NCBI GenBank assembly: GCA_046565645.1
Contig: JBKHYD010000036.1
Location: 66,630 to 130,629 of the forward strand
DNA length: 64,000 nucleotides
Source of the DNA: Acidimicrobiia bacterium
GTDB taxonomy: Bacteria; Actinomycetota; Acidimicrobiia; Acidimicrobiales; VFJN01
Direction: 5' to 3'
Shown: piece by piece, positions 48,567 to 57,439 of the stretch
Layout: every line of letters starts with the position of its first letter
Position numbering within the stretch: the first letter of the stretch is position 1
Translations under genes and position numbers: made by a program
The notes under the pieces: generated by a model
What the model saw: only the letters and a program-made list of their open reading frames with translations
What the model was told of the DNA's origin: nothing
Databases searched by the model: none

Positions 48567-49262
48567 ATGAGCGACCGCCCTGGATCCGACCGCCCCATCG
48601 AGATCGCCCCGTCGGTGCTTCCCGCCGACTTCGCCCGGCTCGGTGAGGAGGTGGCGGCCCTCGAGGAGGCGGGCGTCGACCGCATCCAGTGGGACGTCAT
48701 GGACGGCCGGTTCGTGCCCAACCTCACCTTCGGCCCCGACGTGATCGCGGCCTGCCGGCCGCACGCCTCGATCCTCTTCGAGGCCCACCTCATGGTGGAG
48801 GAGCCCGACGAGCTCGCCTCGCGCTACGTCGACGCGGGATGCGAGCTCCTCATCGTCCACGCCGAGGCCACCCGCCACCTGCACCGCACCCTCGGGCACA
48901 TCCGGTCGTTGGGCGGACGGGCCGGCGTCGCGCTCAACCCGTCGACACCTCCGGACGCGGTCGAGCACGTGCTCGACCTGTGCGACCTCGTCCTCGTGAT
49001 GACGGTCAACCCGGGCTTCGGCGGCCAGGAGTACATCGCCACGATGGAGCCCAAGGTGGCGGCCGTGCGCCGACTGATCCAAGAGGGTGGGTACGACGTG
49101 GACCTCGAGGTGGACGGTGGCATCGGCCCGGCGACCATCCAGGGCGCTGCCACGGCCGGCGCAAACGTGCTGGTGGCCGGCTCGGCGCTCTACCGCGACC
49201 CCGAGGGCCTCGCCCACGCGGTGGCAGAGCTCCGCAGCCTCGCCGAGGCCACCCGGGCGTGA
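48567..49262 (+). CDS. rpe: ribulose-phosphate 3-epimerase
   Basis: IAPSVLPADFARLGEEV, DVMDGRFVPNLTFG, VMTVNPGFGGQ, EVDGGI. Alternative in-frame starts at 48528 and 48558. Confidence 0.93.
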   Translation: MSDRPGSDRPIEIAPSVLPADFARLGEEVAALEEAGVDRIQWDVMDGRFVPNLTFGPDVIAACRPHASILFEAHLMVEEPDELASRYVDAGCELLIVHAEATRHLHRTLGHIRSLGGRAGVALNPSTPPDAVEHVLDLCDLVLVMTVNPGFGGQEYIATMEPKVAAVRRLIQEGGYDVDLEVDGGIGPATIQGAATAGANVLVAGSALYRDPEGLAHAVAELRSLAEATRA

Positions 49263-49681
49263 GCGGGCGCCGGGGGGCGGCGTGGCTCGTCACCGCCGTC
49301 GCGGCGGTCGCCCACCTCACCGGTTGCAGCGGGGACGACGAGGGCAGCGCCGAGGAGCTGTGCCGGGCGCTGAGGGAGCGGCCCTCGATCGCGAGCACCT
49401 TCGAGGGCTTCGACCCCACCGACGTGGACCAGGCCCTCGAGCAGCTCCGGAGCGCCCGGGTGACGCTGGGCGAGCTGAGAGACGCCGCCCCGTCCAAGGT
49501 GCGCGACGACCTGTCGGTGCAGATCGACTACGTCCAGGCCCTGGCCGAGGCCCTCGAGCCCCTCGTCGGCGCCGACGCGACCGAGATCGTGGCCGCGGTG
49601 CAGCGGGTCACCGCCGAGCACCCGGACGTGGAGGCGGCTGCGACCGAGCTGTCCAGCTTCAGCGCCTCAACCTGCAGCTGA
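49259..49681 (+). CDS. hypothetical lipoprotein
   Basis: The GTG at 49259 overlaps the rpe stop (GTGA). Lipobox VAHLTGC. Helical acidic remainder. Confidence 0.55.
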   Translation: MSGRRGAAWLVTAVAAVAHLTGCSGDDEGSAEELCRALRERPSIASTFEGFDPTDVDQALEQLRSARVTLGELRDAAPSKVRDDLSVQIDYVQALAEALEPLVGADATEIVAAVQRVTAEHPDVEAAATELSSFSASTCS

Positions 49682-49687
49682 CGGAGA

Positions 49688-50335
49688 TCAGCTGGCGACG
49701 TCCTCGCGGCGCTCGCGGACGTGGTCGATGATGCCGTACTCCCGGGCCTGCTCGGCGGTGAACCACCGGTCTCGCTCGGAGTCGGCCTGCACCTGCTCGA
49801 CGGACTGGCCGGTGTGGTGCGCGATGCGCTCCGCCATCAGCCGCTTGATGTAGATGAGCTGCTCGGCCTGGATGGCGATGTCGCTGGCCTGGCCCCGCAC
49901 CCCACCGGAGGGCTGGTGCATCATGATCCGGGCGTGGGGCAGGGCGTAGCGCTTGCCGGAGGCGCCGGCGCACAGGAGGAACTGGCCCATCGAGGCGGCC
50001 ATGCCCATGCAGACGGTGGCGACGTCGGGCCGCACGAACTGCATCGTGTCGTAGATGGCCATGCCGGCCGACACGGACCCGCCAGGGCTGTTGATGTAGA
50101 GCCAGATGTCCTTGTCGGGGTCCTCGCCCTCGAGGAACAGCATCTGGGCGCAGATGATGTTGGCGATGTCGTCGTTGACGTCGGTCCCGAGGATGATGAT
50201 CCGATCCTTCAGGAGCCGGTTGAAGATCTCCGAGGTGGGGTTGCCCATCGACTGCTGGGCGTGGGGCATCGGCGGCAGGTCGGTCGTCTGGGTCATCCCG
50301 ACGGAGGCTAGCGGCGCCGAGCCGTTCCCCCGCAC
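49688..50335 (-). CDS. clpP: ATP-dependent Clp protease proteolytic subunit (second, unlinked paralog)
   Basis: [54 protein letters not shown] 50335 or ATG 50296 (MTQTT...). Confidence 0.93.
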   Translation of the reverse strand: MRGNGSAPLASVGMTQTTDLPPMPHAQQSMGNPTSEIFNRLLKDRIIILGTDVNDDIANIICAQMLFLEGEDPDKDIWLYINSPGGSVSAGMAIYDTMQFVRPDVATVCMGMAASMGQFLLCAGASGKRYALPHARIMMHQPSGGVRGQASDIAIQAEQLIYIKRLMAERIAHHTGQSVEQVQADSERDRWFTAEQAREYGIIDHVRERREDVAS

Positions 50336-50353
50336 GGCCTACGCTTCCGGCGC

Positions 50354-50430
50354 GCCGACGTAGCCCAACCGGCAGAGGCACTTGGTTTAGGTCCAAGCCA
50401 GTGCGGGTTCGACTCCCGCCGTCGGCACCA
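50354..50430 (+). tRNA. atypical tRNA-Leu(UAG)-like gene with a 5-nt variable loop, CCA encoded
   Basis: GCCGACG TA GCC-CAACCGGCAGA-GGC A CTTGG TTTAGGT CCAAG CCAGT GCGGG TTCGACT CCCGC CGTCGGC A CCA. The D-arm (3-bp stem, GGCAGA), the anticodon loop and A73 are Leu-like. The long type II variable arm is missing. Confidence 0.7.
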
Positions 50431-50445
50431 GCTGCCTGGGAGGGC

Positions 50446-51468
50446 ATGAGTAGCGTCCGGCCAATGAAGGTGCACGAGCTGCCCACGCCAGCGCTGCTGG
50501 TGGACGTCCGCGCGTTCGATCGGAACGTGGACCAGATGGCCCAGCGCTGGCCGGGTCGGTCGCTGCGGCCGCACGTGAAGGCGTTCAAGTCAACCGCGCT
50601 GGCGGGGCGCCTGGCCGAGGCCGGGCACAAGGGGTTCTGCTGCGCCACCGTCAAGGAGGTGGCGGGGATGGCGGCGGCGGGTCTGGGGGATGACCTGCTG
50701 CTGGCCAACGAGAGCCTGGACCTGCATCGCCTCACTCCGATCGTGGAGGCCGAGCGGGCCCGGATCACGGTGGCGGTCGACTCCGTCGAGACGATCGATG
50801 CCGCCGCCAGCGCCCGCATCCGAGAGGTGCTGATCGACGTGGAGGTGGGCCTCCCCCGCTGCGGTTGCGACCCGGCCGACGCCGGCCGCCTGGCTGAGCT
50901 GGCCCGCTCCAAGGGGATGGAGGTGCGTGGCGTGATGGGCTACGAGGGCCACCTGATGCGAGAGCCCGGCGACACGAAGGCCGACCTCGTGGAGCGGTCG
51001 ATGGCCGTGCTCCGCGCGGCGCACCGGGAGGTCGGCGGAGACGTCGTGTCCGGAGGCGGCACCGGCACCTGGGACGTCAACACCTGGGTGACCGAGCTGC
51101 AGGCCGGTTCCTACTGCCTCATGGACACGGAGTACGTCCCGCACGCCCCCGGCTTCGAGAACGCCCTCTTCGCGCTGGGCACCGTGATCTCACGTTCGGC
51201 CAAGGGTTGGGCGGTGCTCGACACCGGGCTCAAGTGCTTCGGGATGGACCACGGCGACCCCACCGTCGTCGACGCGGGCGACTGCTGGTTCGTCTCCGAC
51301 GAGCACCTCACCTTCGGGGTCCCGGAGGGCACGGAGGTGCGGGTGGGCGACAGGGTCAGGGTGGTGCCCGCCCACGTCGACCCGACGGTCAGCCAGCACG
51401 AGCGCCTCCACCTCGTCGACGGCGACGACGTGGTGGAGGTCTGGAAGGTCGACCTGCGCCACTGGTGA
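50446..51468 (+). CDS. DSD1-family PLP enzyme (D-threonine aldolase / D-serine dehydratase-like, alanine racemase N-domain fold)
   Basis: ATG 50446 preceded by GGGAGGG. PLP-lysine context RPHVKAFKS. C-terminus VVPAHVDPTV...VVEVWKVDLRHW. The track ORF start 50401 lies inside the tRNA. Confidence 0.8.
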   Translation: MSSVRPMKVHELPTPALLVDVRAFDRNVDQMAQRWPGRSLRPHVKAFKSTALAGRLAEAGHKGFCCATVKEVAGMAAAGLGDDLLLANESLDLHRLTPIVEAERARITVAVDSVETIDAAASARIREVLIDVEVGLPRCGCDPADAGRLAELARSKGMEVRGVMGYEGHLMREPGDTKADLVERSMAVLRAAHREVGGDVVSGGGTGTWDVNTWVTELQAGSYCLMDTEYVPHAPGFENALFALGTVISRSAKGWAVLDTGLKCFGMDHGDPTVVDAGDCWFVSDEHLTFGVPEGTEVRVGDRVRVVPAHVDPTVSQHERLHLVDGDDVVEVWKVDLRHW

Positions 51469-51476
51469 CCTGGACG

Positions 51477-51527
51477 ACGTCTGTGTGTGCTTCTGCGCCG
51501 TAGCGGCTCGAAACCGCTCACAGACGT
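51477..51527. terminator. bidirectional stem-loop between convergent genes
   Basis: ACGTCTGTG (51477-51485) pairs with CACAGACGT (51519-51527). This encloses an inner hairpin AGCGG-CTCGAAA-CCGCT (51502-51518). Confidence 0.5.
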
Positions 51528-51530
51528 TGT

Positions 51531-52085
51531 TCAGAGGTGCTCGGCGAGGGTGGTGAAGGCTCTGGCGCGGTGGCTGATGGCGTGCTTCTCGGCGGGGGTC
51601 ATCTCGGCGAAGGTGCGACCGTCGCCCTCCTCTGGGACCACGATGGGGTCGTAGCCGAAGCCGCCGGTGCCCCGGGGGGCGTCGGCGACGTGGCCCTCGA
51701 CCGTCCCCCGCACGACGACCTCGCGCCCGTCGGGCCACACCGCCGCAGCCGCGCACACGTAGCGGCACCCACGCCCCTCGGCGGGCACGCCATCGAGCTC
51801 GCGCAGGACGCGGGGGATCCAGTCGGCCTCCTCGGTCCAGCGGGCCGAGCGGACGCCGGGGGCGCCGTCGAGGTGGTCGATCTCGATGCCGGAGTCGTCG
51901 GCCACGGCCGGCTCGCCGGTGGCCGCGGCGAGGGCCCGGGCCTTGAGGAGGGCGTTGGCCTCGAAGGTCGTCCCCGTCTCCTCGACGTCGGGGTCCCGGG
52001 CCTCGACCTCGAAGCCGGGGCCGAGGATGGCCTGCACCTCCTCGACCTTGTGGGCGTTGCCGGTGGCCAGCCAGAGGCGGCTCAT
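51531..52085 (-). CDS. rdgB: non-canonical purine NTP pyrophosphatase (RdgB/HAM1)
   Basis: [54 protein letters not shown]. Confidence 0.92.
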   Translation of the reverse strand: MSRLWLATGNAHKVEEVQAILGPGFEVEARDPDVEETGTTFEANALLKARALAAATGEPAVADDSGIEIDHLDGAPGVRSARWTEEADWIPRVLRELDGVPAEGRGCRYVCAAAAVWPDGREVVVRGTVEGHVADAPRGTGGFGYDPIVVPEEGDGRTFAEMTPAEKHAISHRARAFTTLAEHL

Positions 52086-52828
52086 CGGGGAGCGGGCGGC
52101 TCGCTCACGACCTCCTGCTGGAGCGTGATGAGCTCGTTGATGCCCTTCTCGGCCAGGTCGAGGAGGGTGGTCAGCCCGTCGCGGGAGTAGGGCTCGCCCT
52201 CGGCGGTGCCCTGCACCTCGACGAAGCCGCCGAGCGAGGTCATGACGACGTTCATGTCGACCTCGGCCCGGGAGTCCTCCACGTAGGGGAGGTCGAGGAC
52301 GGGCACGCCGTCGACGATGCCCACGGAGATGGCGGCGCAGAAGGCCGTGAGCGGGTGGGTCTTGATGATCTCGGCGCGGACGAGACGGCTCAGGGCGTCG
52401 TGGAGGGCGACGTAGCCGCCGCAGATCGAGGCCGTGCGGGTGCCGCCGTCGGCTTGGAGGACGTCGCAGTCCACGATCACCTGGCGCTCACCGAGCAGCT
52501 GCATGTCGCACACCGCCCGCAGGGACCGGCCGATGAGGCGCTGGATCTCCTGGGTGCGCCCGGAGGGCTTGCCGTCCTTCACCTCGCGCCGGATCCGCTC
52601 GGGTGACGAGCCCGGGAGCATCGAGTACTCGGCGGTGACCCAGCCCTTGCCCCGGCCCTTCATCCAGCGGGGGACGTCCTCGTCGACCGAGGCCGTGCAC
52701 AGGACCCGGGTCTCCCCGAAGCTCACCAGGCAGGAGCCCTCGGCCATGCGGGTGAAGTCGCGCTCGAAGGTGATGGGGCGCAGCTCGTCGGCGGCCCGCC
52801 CGTCGGGCCGGGGGTGAGTCGTCGTCAT
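52082..52828 (-). CDS. rph: ribonuclease PH
   Basis: [48 protein letters not shown]. Confidence 0.96.
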   Translation of the reverse strand: MTTTHPRPDGRAADELRPITFERDFTRMAEGSCLVSFGETRVLCTASVDEDVPRWMKGRGKGWVTAEYSMLPGSSPERIRREVKDGKPSGRTQEIQRLIGRSLRAVCDMQLLGERQVIVDCDVLQADGGTRTASICGGYVALHDALSRLVRAEIIKTHPLTAFCAAISVGIVDGVPVLDLPYVEDSRAEVDMNVVMTSLGGFVEVQGTAEGEPYSRDGLTTLLDLAEKGINELITLQQEVVSEPPAPR

Positions 52829-52890
52829 GCTCGCATCCTCGCAGCCCGGCCCATGCTCGCGCGATCCGTCGGGTGCACGGCCAGAGCGGG

Positions 52891-53697
52891 TCAGGGCCAG
52901 GTCACGGCGTCGACGTCGTCCAGCTCGGGGCCGAGGAGCTGGCGGCCCAGGCGCTGGAACCAGGTGACGTCGCCGCTGGAGAGGAACCGGTGGGTGCCGG
53001 AGCCCGCGGCGGGATCGCGAGCCAGCTCGGTGCCCTCCAGGAGGCGCCGGACCTCGAACGCGGTCTCGTCGGCCGAGGACACGAGGGTCACGTCCCGGCC
53101 CATGACGTCGCTGATGGTGCGGGCCAGGAACGGGTAGTGGGTGCAGCCCAGGAGGAGGGCGTCGACCTTGGCCTCCCGCACCGGCGCAAGGAGCCGCTCG
53201 GCCAGCACGGCCACCTGGTCGCTGCGGGTCTCTCCCCGCTCGACGAACTCGACGAAGCCTGGGCAGGCCGCGCAGGCCAGCTCGATGGTGGGCGCGACCT
53301 CGGCCATGGCGCGCTGGTAGGCGCCGGAGCCGATGGTGCCGACGGTGCCGATGACGCCGGCCCGGCCGCTGCGGGTGGCCCGGGTGAGCGCCCGGGCCCC
53401 CGGTTCGATCACCCCGACCACCGGCACCCCGGCTCGCTGCTCGAGCCGCTCGAGGCCCGTCGCGGCGGCCGTGTTGCAGGCCACGATGACGAGCTTCACG
53501 TCGTGCTCGCGCACGAGGAGGTCGGTGATCTGCTCGGCGAACCGGCGGACCTCCTCGAGGGGTCGCGGCCCGTAGGGGTAGCGGCCGGTGTCGCCCAGGT
53601 AGACGAGGTGCTCGGCCGGCAGGAGGTCGATCAGCGCCCGAGCGACGGTCAGGCCGCCGAACCCGCTGTCGAACATCCCGATCGGGCGGTCGTCCAC
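52891..53697 (-). CDS. murI: glutamate racemase
   Basis: [27 protein letters not shown] and [11 protein letters not shown] (the two catalytic Cys contexts). Confidence 0.95.
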   Translation of the reverse strand: MDDRPIGMFDSGFGGLTVARALIDLLPAEHLVYLGDTGRYPYGPRPLEEVRRFAEQITDLLVREHDVKLVIVACNTAAATGLERLEQRAGVPVVGVIEPGARALTRATRSGRAGVIGTVGTIGSGAYQRAMAEVAPTIELACAACPGFVEFVERGETRSDQVAVLAERLLAPVREAKVDALLLGCTHYPFLARTISDVMGRDVTLVSSADETAFEVRRLLEGTELARDPAAGSGTHRFLSSGDVTWFQRLGRQLLGPELDDVDAVTWP

Positions 53698-53707
53698 CCG
53701 GCGAAGG

Positions 53708-54304
53708 CTACGAGGCGACCAGGGGATGCTCCGCCATCCACGCGGATCGCTCGACCAACCAGATCTGCGTGGGCCGTCCGCGGCAGGGCCCGTCCTCGGG
53801 CACGGTGACGCCCTGGAGGACGTACCCGAGCTTGGCCGGCACGCGGGCGCTGGCGACGTTGCCGTCCTCGCACTGGATCCTGACCCGCTGGATCCCCGGG
53901 ATGGCGAAGGCGGCGTCGGTGAGCGCCCGAGACGCGGCGGTGGCGAGGCCGCGGCCCACGTGGTCGACGTGGACCCAGTACCCGATCTCGAGGCCGTCCG
54001 GGCCGAGGCGCCCGTGCAGCCCGCAGCCGCCGAGGATGGCGGTGTCGTCCTGATCGACGATCGAGTAGCCGAAGTCCCGACGGGCGTCCCAGCTGCCTTC
54101 GGACTCGGTGAAGAAGGTGGTCACCTTCTCGACGGTGGACGGCTCGTCGGCCCAGGCCATCCACGGGCGCAGGTGGTCGAGGCTGGCGTTGATGGCCTGG
54201 ACCGCCCGCTCGGCGCGCGCCACCCGGCAGCGCGCGAGCGCCGCACCGCCCGGGAGGTCGATCCGCTCGGGGGGCGCGGCGGCGAACGTCGGGACCTCGC
54301 TCAT
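53708..54304 (-). CDS. GNAT family N-acetyltransferase (RimJ/RimL-like)
   Basis: Acetyl-CoA binding region IGYWVHVDHVGRGLATAASRAL; overall GNAT length and pattern. Confidence 0.75.
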   Translation of the reverse strand: MSEVPTFAAAPPERIDLPGGAALARCRVARAERAVQAINASLDHLRPWMAWADEPSTVEKVTTFFTESEGSWDARRDFGYSIVDQDDTAILGGCGLHGRLGPDGLEIGYWVHVDHVGRGLATAASRALTDAAFAIPGIQRVRIQCEDGNVASARVPAKLGYVLQGVTVPEDGPCRGRPTQIWLVERSAWMAEHPLVAS

Positions 54305-54357
54305 GACCCCATCGTCGCCTGGCGGCCCGACCTGGGGAAGCGAGTTGCCGTCCTACG

Positions 54358-54720
54358 ATGCGCGCCATGGCCGCCCTCACCATCTGGCACAACCCCCGCT
54401 GCTCGAAGAGCCGGGAGGCGAAGGAGATCCTCGTCGAGGCCGGCGCCTCCTACGAGGAGCGCCGCTACCTGGAGGACCCGCCCACCGCGGCCGAGCTCGA
54501 CGAGGTGCTGACCGCACTAGGGAAGGAGCCGTGGGACATCGCCCGGACCGGCGAGGCGGTGGCCAAGGAGCTCGGCCTGAAGGACCTGCCCCGCGACCGC
54601 GGCCGCTGGATCGAGGTCATGGTGGCCAACCCGGTGCTCATCGAGCGCCCCATCGTCGTGACCGACGACGGCCGGGCCGTGCTCGGCCGGCCGCCCGAGG
54701 AAGTGCGCCAGCTGCTGTGA
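54358..54720 (+). CDS. arsC: ArsC/Spx-family protein (arsenate reductase-like)
   Basis: LTIWHNPRCSKSREAKEIL...NPVLIERPIV. Confidence 0.8.
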   Translation: MRAMAALTIWHNPRCSKSREAKEILVEAGASYEERRYLEDPPTAAELDEVLTALGKEPWDIARTGEAVAKELGLKDLPRDRGRWIEVMVANPVLIERPIVVTDDGRAVLGRPPEEVRQLL

Positions 54721-54751
54721 TCGCGCGGCGCCTGAGCCGGCTCCGCTGAGC

Positions 54752-55705
54752 TCAGAAGTAGATCGTGGCCTTGGCCCGGGCCTCGACCGTGTCGAGGTCG
54801 TCGGTCCACACGCCCGCCGACAGGTACTTCCACCCGCCGTCGCAGACGATCATCACGATCGTGCCCTCCTCGATGAGGCTGGCCGCCTTCACGGCACCGG
54901 CCAGGATGGCGCCGGACGAGATGCCGGCGAAGACGCCGACCTCGGTGAGGCGGCGAACCCACTCGATCGACTCCCGGGGCCGCACGATGAGGCGGCGGGA
55001 GAGGATGTCGTAGCCGCCGTTGTCGACGAACACCGGGGGGATGAAGCCCTCGTCGATGTTCTTCAGGCCGTCGACCATCTCCCCCGCCGGCGGCTCGATG
55101 GCCCAGATCTGGATGTCAGGGTTCTGCTCCTTCAGGAACCGCCCCACCCCCATGAGCGTGCCCGAGGTGCCCAGCCCGGCGATGAAGTGGGTGATCTCCG
55201 GGACGTCGCGCCAGATCTCGGGCCCGGTGCCCTCGTAGTGGGCCTTGGGGTTGGACGAGTTGCCGTACTGGAACGGGAACCACCAGTCGGGGTTGTCCTC
55301 GGCCATCTTCATGGCTCGACGCATGGCGCCGTTGGAGCCCTCCGCACCGGGGCTGGAGATGATCTCGGCACCCCAGGAGGCGAGGAGCTGGCGGCGCTCG
55401 ACGGACACGTTGTCGGGCAGCACCACCTTCAGGTGGTAGCCGCGCATCCTCGAGATCATGGCCAGGGCGATGCCGGTGTTCCCCGACGAGGACTCGAGGA
55501 TGACCTGGCCCGAGTGCGGGGTGAGGATCCCGTCCTTCTCGGCGTCGATGATCATCTGCCGGGCCGCCCGGTCCTTCACCGAGCCGCCGGGGTTCTGCCC
55601 CTCGAGCTTGCCCAGGATCCGCACGTTCGGGTTCGGGCTGAGCTGTGAGATGTCGACGATCGGGGTGTCCCCGATGAGGTCGAGCGCAGATTCATAGACA
55701 GCCAC
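54752..55705 (-). CDS. cysM: cysteine synthase B-type (O-phosphoserine sulfhydrylase-like CysM)
   Basis: KLEGQNPGGSVKDR, SSGNTGIALA, NVSVERRQLL, FQYGNSSNPKAHYEGTGPEIW, GLGTSGTLMG, DGGWKYLS. Close by recollection to actinobacterial CysM. Adjacent to a JAMM (mec-like) gene. Confidence 0.9.
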   Translation of the reverse strand: MAVYESALDLIGDTPIVDISQLSPNPNVRILGKLEGQNPGGSVKDRAARQMIIDAEKDGILTPHSGQVILESSSGNTGIALAMISRMRGYHLKVVLPDNVSVERRQLLASWGAEIISSPGAEGSNGAMRRAMKMAEDNPDWWFPFQYGNSSNPKAHYEGTGPEIWRDVPEITHFIAGLGTSGTLMGVGRFLKEQNPDIQIWAIEPPAGEMVDGLKNIDEGFIPPVFVDNGGYDILSRRLIVRPRESIEWVRRLTEVGVFAGISSGAILAGAVKAASLIEEGTIVMIVCDGGWKYLSAGVWTDDLDTVEARAKATIYF

Positions 55706-55793
55706 GGGACGCTCCGAGGGAAAGTCGACTACGACAGTCGGATTTTACCCACCGGCTCCCCCGATTGACACCCCCAGGGGATCGGCCAGGACC

Positions 55794-56201
55794 TCAGCCG
55801 CCCACGACGGACACGACCTCCTCGTCGATGCCTCCGTCCACGATGCGGTAGGAGCGCAGCGTGGGCGCCTCGGCCCGGAGCGACACGATGACGTAGTGCC
55901 ACCCCGGATCCGGTGCCTGGGCGACGTCGGTGGGCGACGGGTAGGCCTCGGTGTGGGTGTGCGAGTGCATCACCCCCATGATCTCGAGGCCGCGGCCCTC
56001 GGCGTCCCGGTCCGCCCGGAGGTGGTCCCTGGGATCGACCGTGTACACCTTGGCCGACTCGGCGGCGTTGCGGCAGGGGTAGAAGGCCGTGCACCGCCCG
56101 GTCCCCGGGGGACCCGCCAGGAGCCCGCAGGCCTCGTCGGGCAGGCCGTCGTAGGCGTGGCCGACCATCTCGGCCCAGGTGCGTCGGGTGAGCTGCAGCA
56201 C
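55794..56201 (-). CDS. mec: JAMM/MPN+ metalloprotease (Mec-like)
   Basis: GTG 56201 (VLQLTRRTWAEMVGHAYDGLPDEACGLL...). JAMM motif HSHTHTEAYPSPTD. Only the 3' third of track ORF 55794..56840 is real. Confidence 0.85.
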   Translation of the reverse strand: MLQLTRRTWAEMVGHAYDGLPDEACGLLAGPPGTGRCTAFYPCRNAAESAKVYTVDPRDHLRADRDAEGRGLEIMGVMHSHTHTEAYPSPTDVAQAPDPGWHYVIVSLRAEAPTLRSYRIVDGGIDEEVVSVVGG

Positions 56202-56258
56202 GGGCCGGACGTTACCGGTCGGGCCGACAGGCCCGGCACCGGTAGCCTGGCCGACCCC

Positions 56259-56765
56259 ATGGCACGCGCAGGCACCAAGGGCGCGGCGAAGGCGGTCACC
56301 GGCGACCGGGTGGTGGCCAGCAACCGCAAGGCCCGACGCAACTACGACGTCCTCGACACCGTCGAGGCGGGCATCGTGCTGCGCGGCTCCGAGGTGAAGT
56401 CGATCCGTGACGGTCAGGTGCAGATCGGCGACGCCTTCGCCCGGATCGACGACCGCGGCGAGGTGTGGCTCCACAACCTCACCGTGGCCGTCTACGCCTA
56501 CTCGCAGGCCCACACCGGCCACGACGAGACGCGCAAGCGCAAGCTGCTGATGCACCAGCACGAGATCGAGCGGTGGCGGTCCCGCGTGGAGACCGAGCAC
56601 CTCTCGCTCATCCCGCTGGCGGTGTACTTCAAGGACGGGAGGGCCAAGGTCGAGCTGGCCCTGGCCCGGGGCCGCAAGTCCTACGACAAGCGCCAGGCCA
56701 TCGCCGAGCGCGACGCCCAGCTCGACGTTCGCCGCGAGATGGCCCGTCGCCACCGCCCCGACTGA
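56259..56765 (+). CDS. smpB: SsrA-binding protein SmpB
   Basis: VASNRKARRNYDVLDTVEAGIVLRGSEVKSIRDG...RKRKLLMHQHEI...LIPLAVYFKDGRAKVELALARGRK. Confidence 0.96.
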   Translation: MARAGTKGAAKAVTGDRVVASNRKARRNYDVLDTVEAGIVLRGSEVKSIRDGQVQIGDAFARIDDRGEVWLHNLTVAVYAYSQAHTGHDETRKRKLLMHQHEIERWRSRVETEHLSLIPLAVYFKDGRAKVELALARGRKSYDKRQAIAERDAQLDVRREMARRHRPD

Positions 56766-56846
56766 TCCCGGAACGGTCGGGACCGCGGCCCCGGTAGGCT
56801 GAGCGCGTCCTCGGGGACGGGGACGGTTCCTTGACATCACCTACAC

Positions 56847-57236
56847 GGGGCTGATCGGTTTCGACGTCGAGAACGCGAGCCGATCGTTGCGACCGGAGTT
56901 GCTCAGACTCCTTAAACGGGGCACCCAAACAACTGCCGAAAACGAGCAGTTCGCCTACGCCGCCTAGTCCAACTAGGTGACGGCAGGTGATTCGTGACCG
57001 GAGACGGCGCACGGGGCCAGGCCACTGCAGCCCGGCAACAGAAGCAGTGGCGGACGGCAGGGAGAGACCGCTGACGGCGTGAAAGACCGCTGACCTCAGG
57101 GAAAGACCTGGCGGCGAGCACCTCGCGTGCTCCTCCGACCCGGCGGTGCGCCAGCCGTAGTGGCGCGTTCTCGGGAATGGTCGTAGCAGCGACGGCTACC
57201 GCTCGACGGACGGGGGTTCGATTCCCCCCAGCTCCA
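56847..57236 (+). ncRNA. ssrA: tmRNA (ssrA)
   Basis: 5' GGGGCTGATCGGTTTCGACG pairs with 3' ...GGACGGGGGTTCGATTCCCCCCAGCTCCA (a tRNA-Ala-like acceptor and T-arm). The internal tag frame ends ...GCC GAA AAC GAG CAG TTC GCC TAC GCC GCC TAG (AENEQFAYAA*, stop at 56965-56967). Directly downstream of smpB. Confidence 0.92.
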
Positions 57237-57310
57237 CTTGGGGGTCTTCCCACAAAGTAGGCCTACCTGTTCCCACAAAGAACGGCCCCGCCGCCCCGAC
57301 CCAGGATGGC

Positions 57311-57368
57311 GGGCCGAGCCGCGTCTACGGCCAGACGCGGGCCCGCCCCGCAGCGTCTGCGGGGCGGG
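57311..57368. terminator. two adjacent GC-rich stem-loops between ssrA and the transposase 3' end
   Basis: CCGCGTCT (57319-26) / AGACGCGG (57333-40). CCCGCCCCGCAG (57342-53) / CTGCGGGGCGGG (57357-68): a 12-bp stem with a 3-nt loop. Confidence 0.5.
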
Positions 57369-57439
57369 TGTCAAGCGGGGCTGGTTCCGCATGGCGCTGA
57401 CCGTCGGAGCGAGCGATCGGGCCACAACCACGGTTCGGC

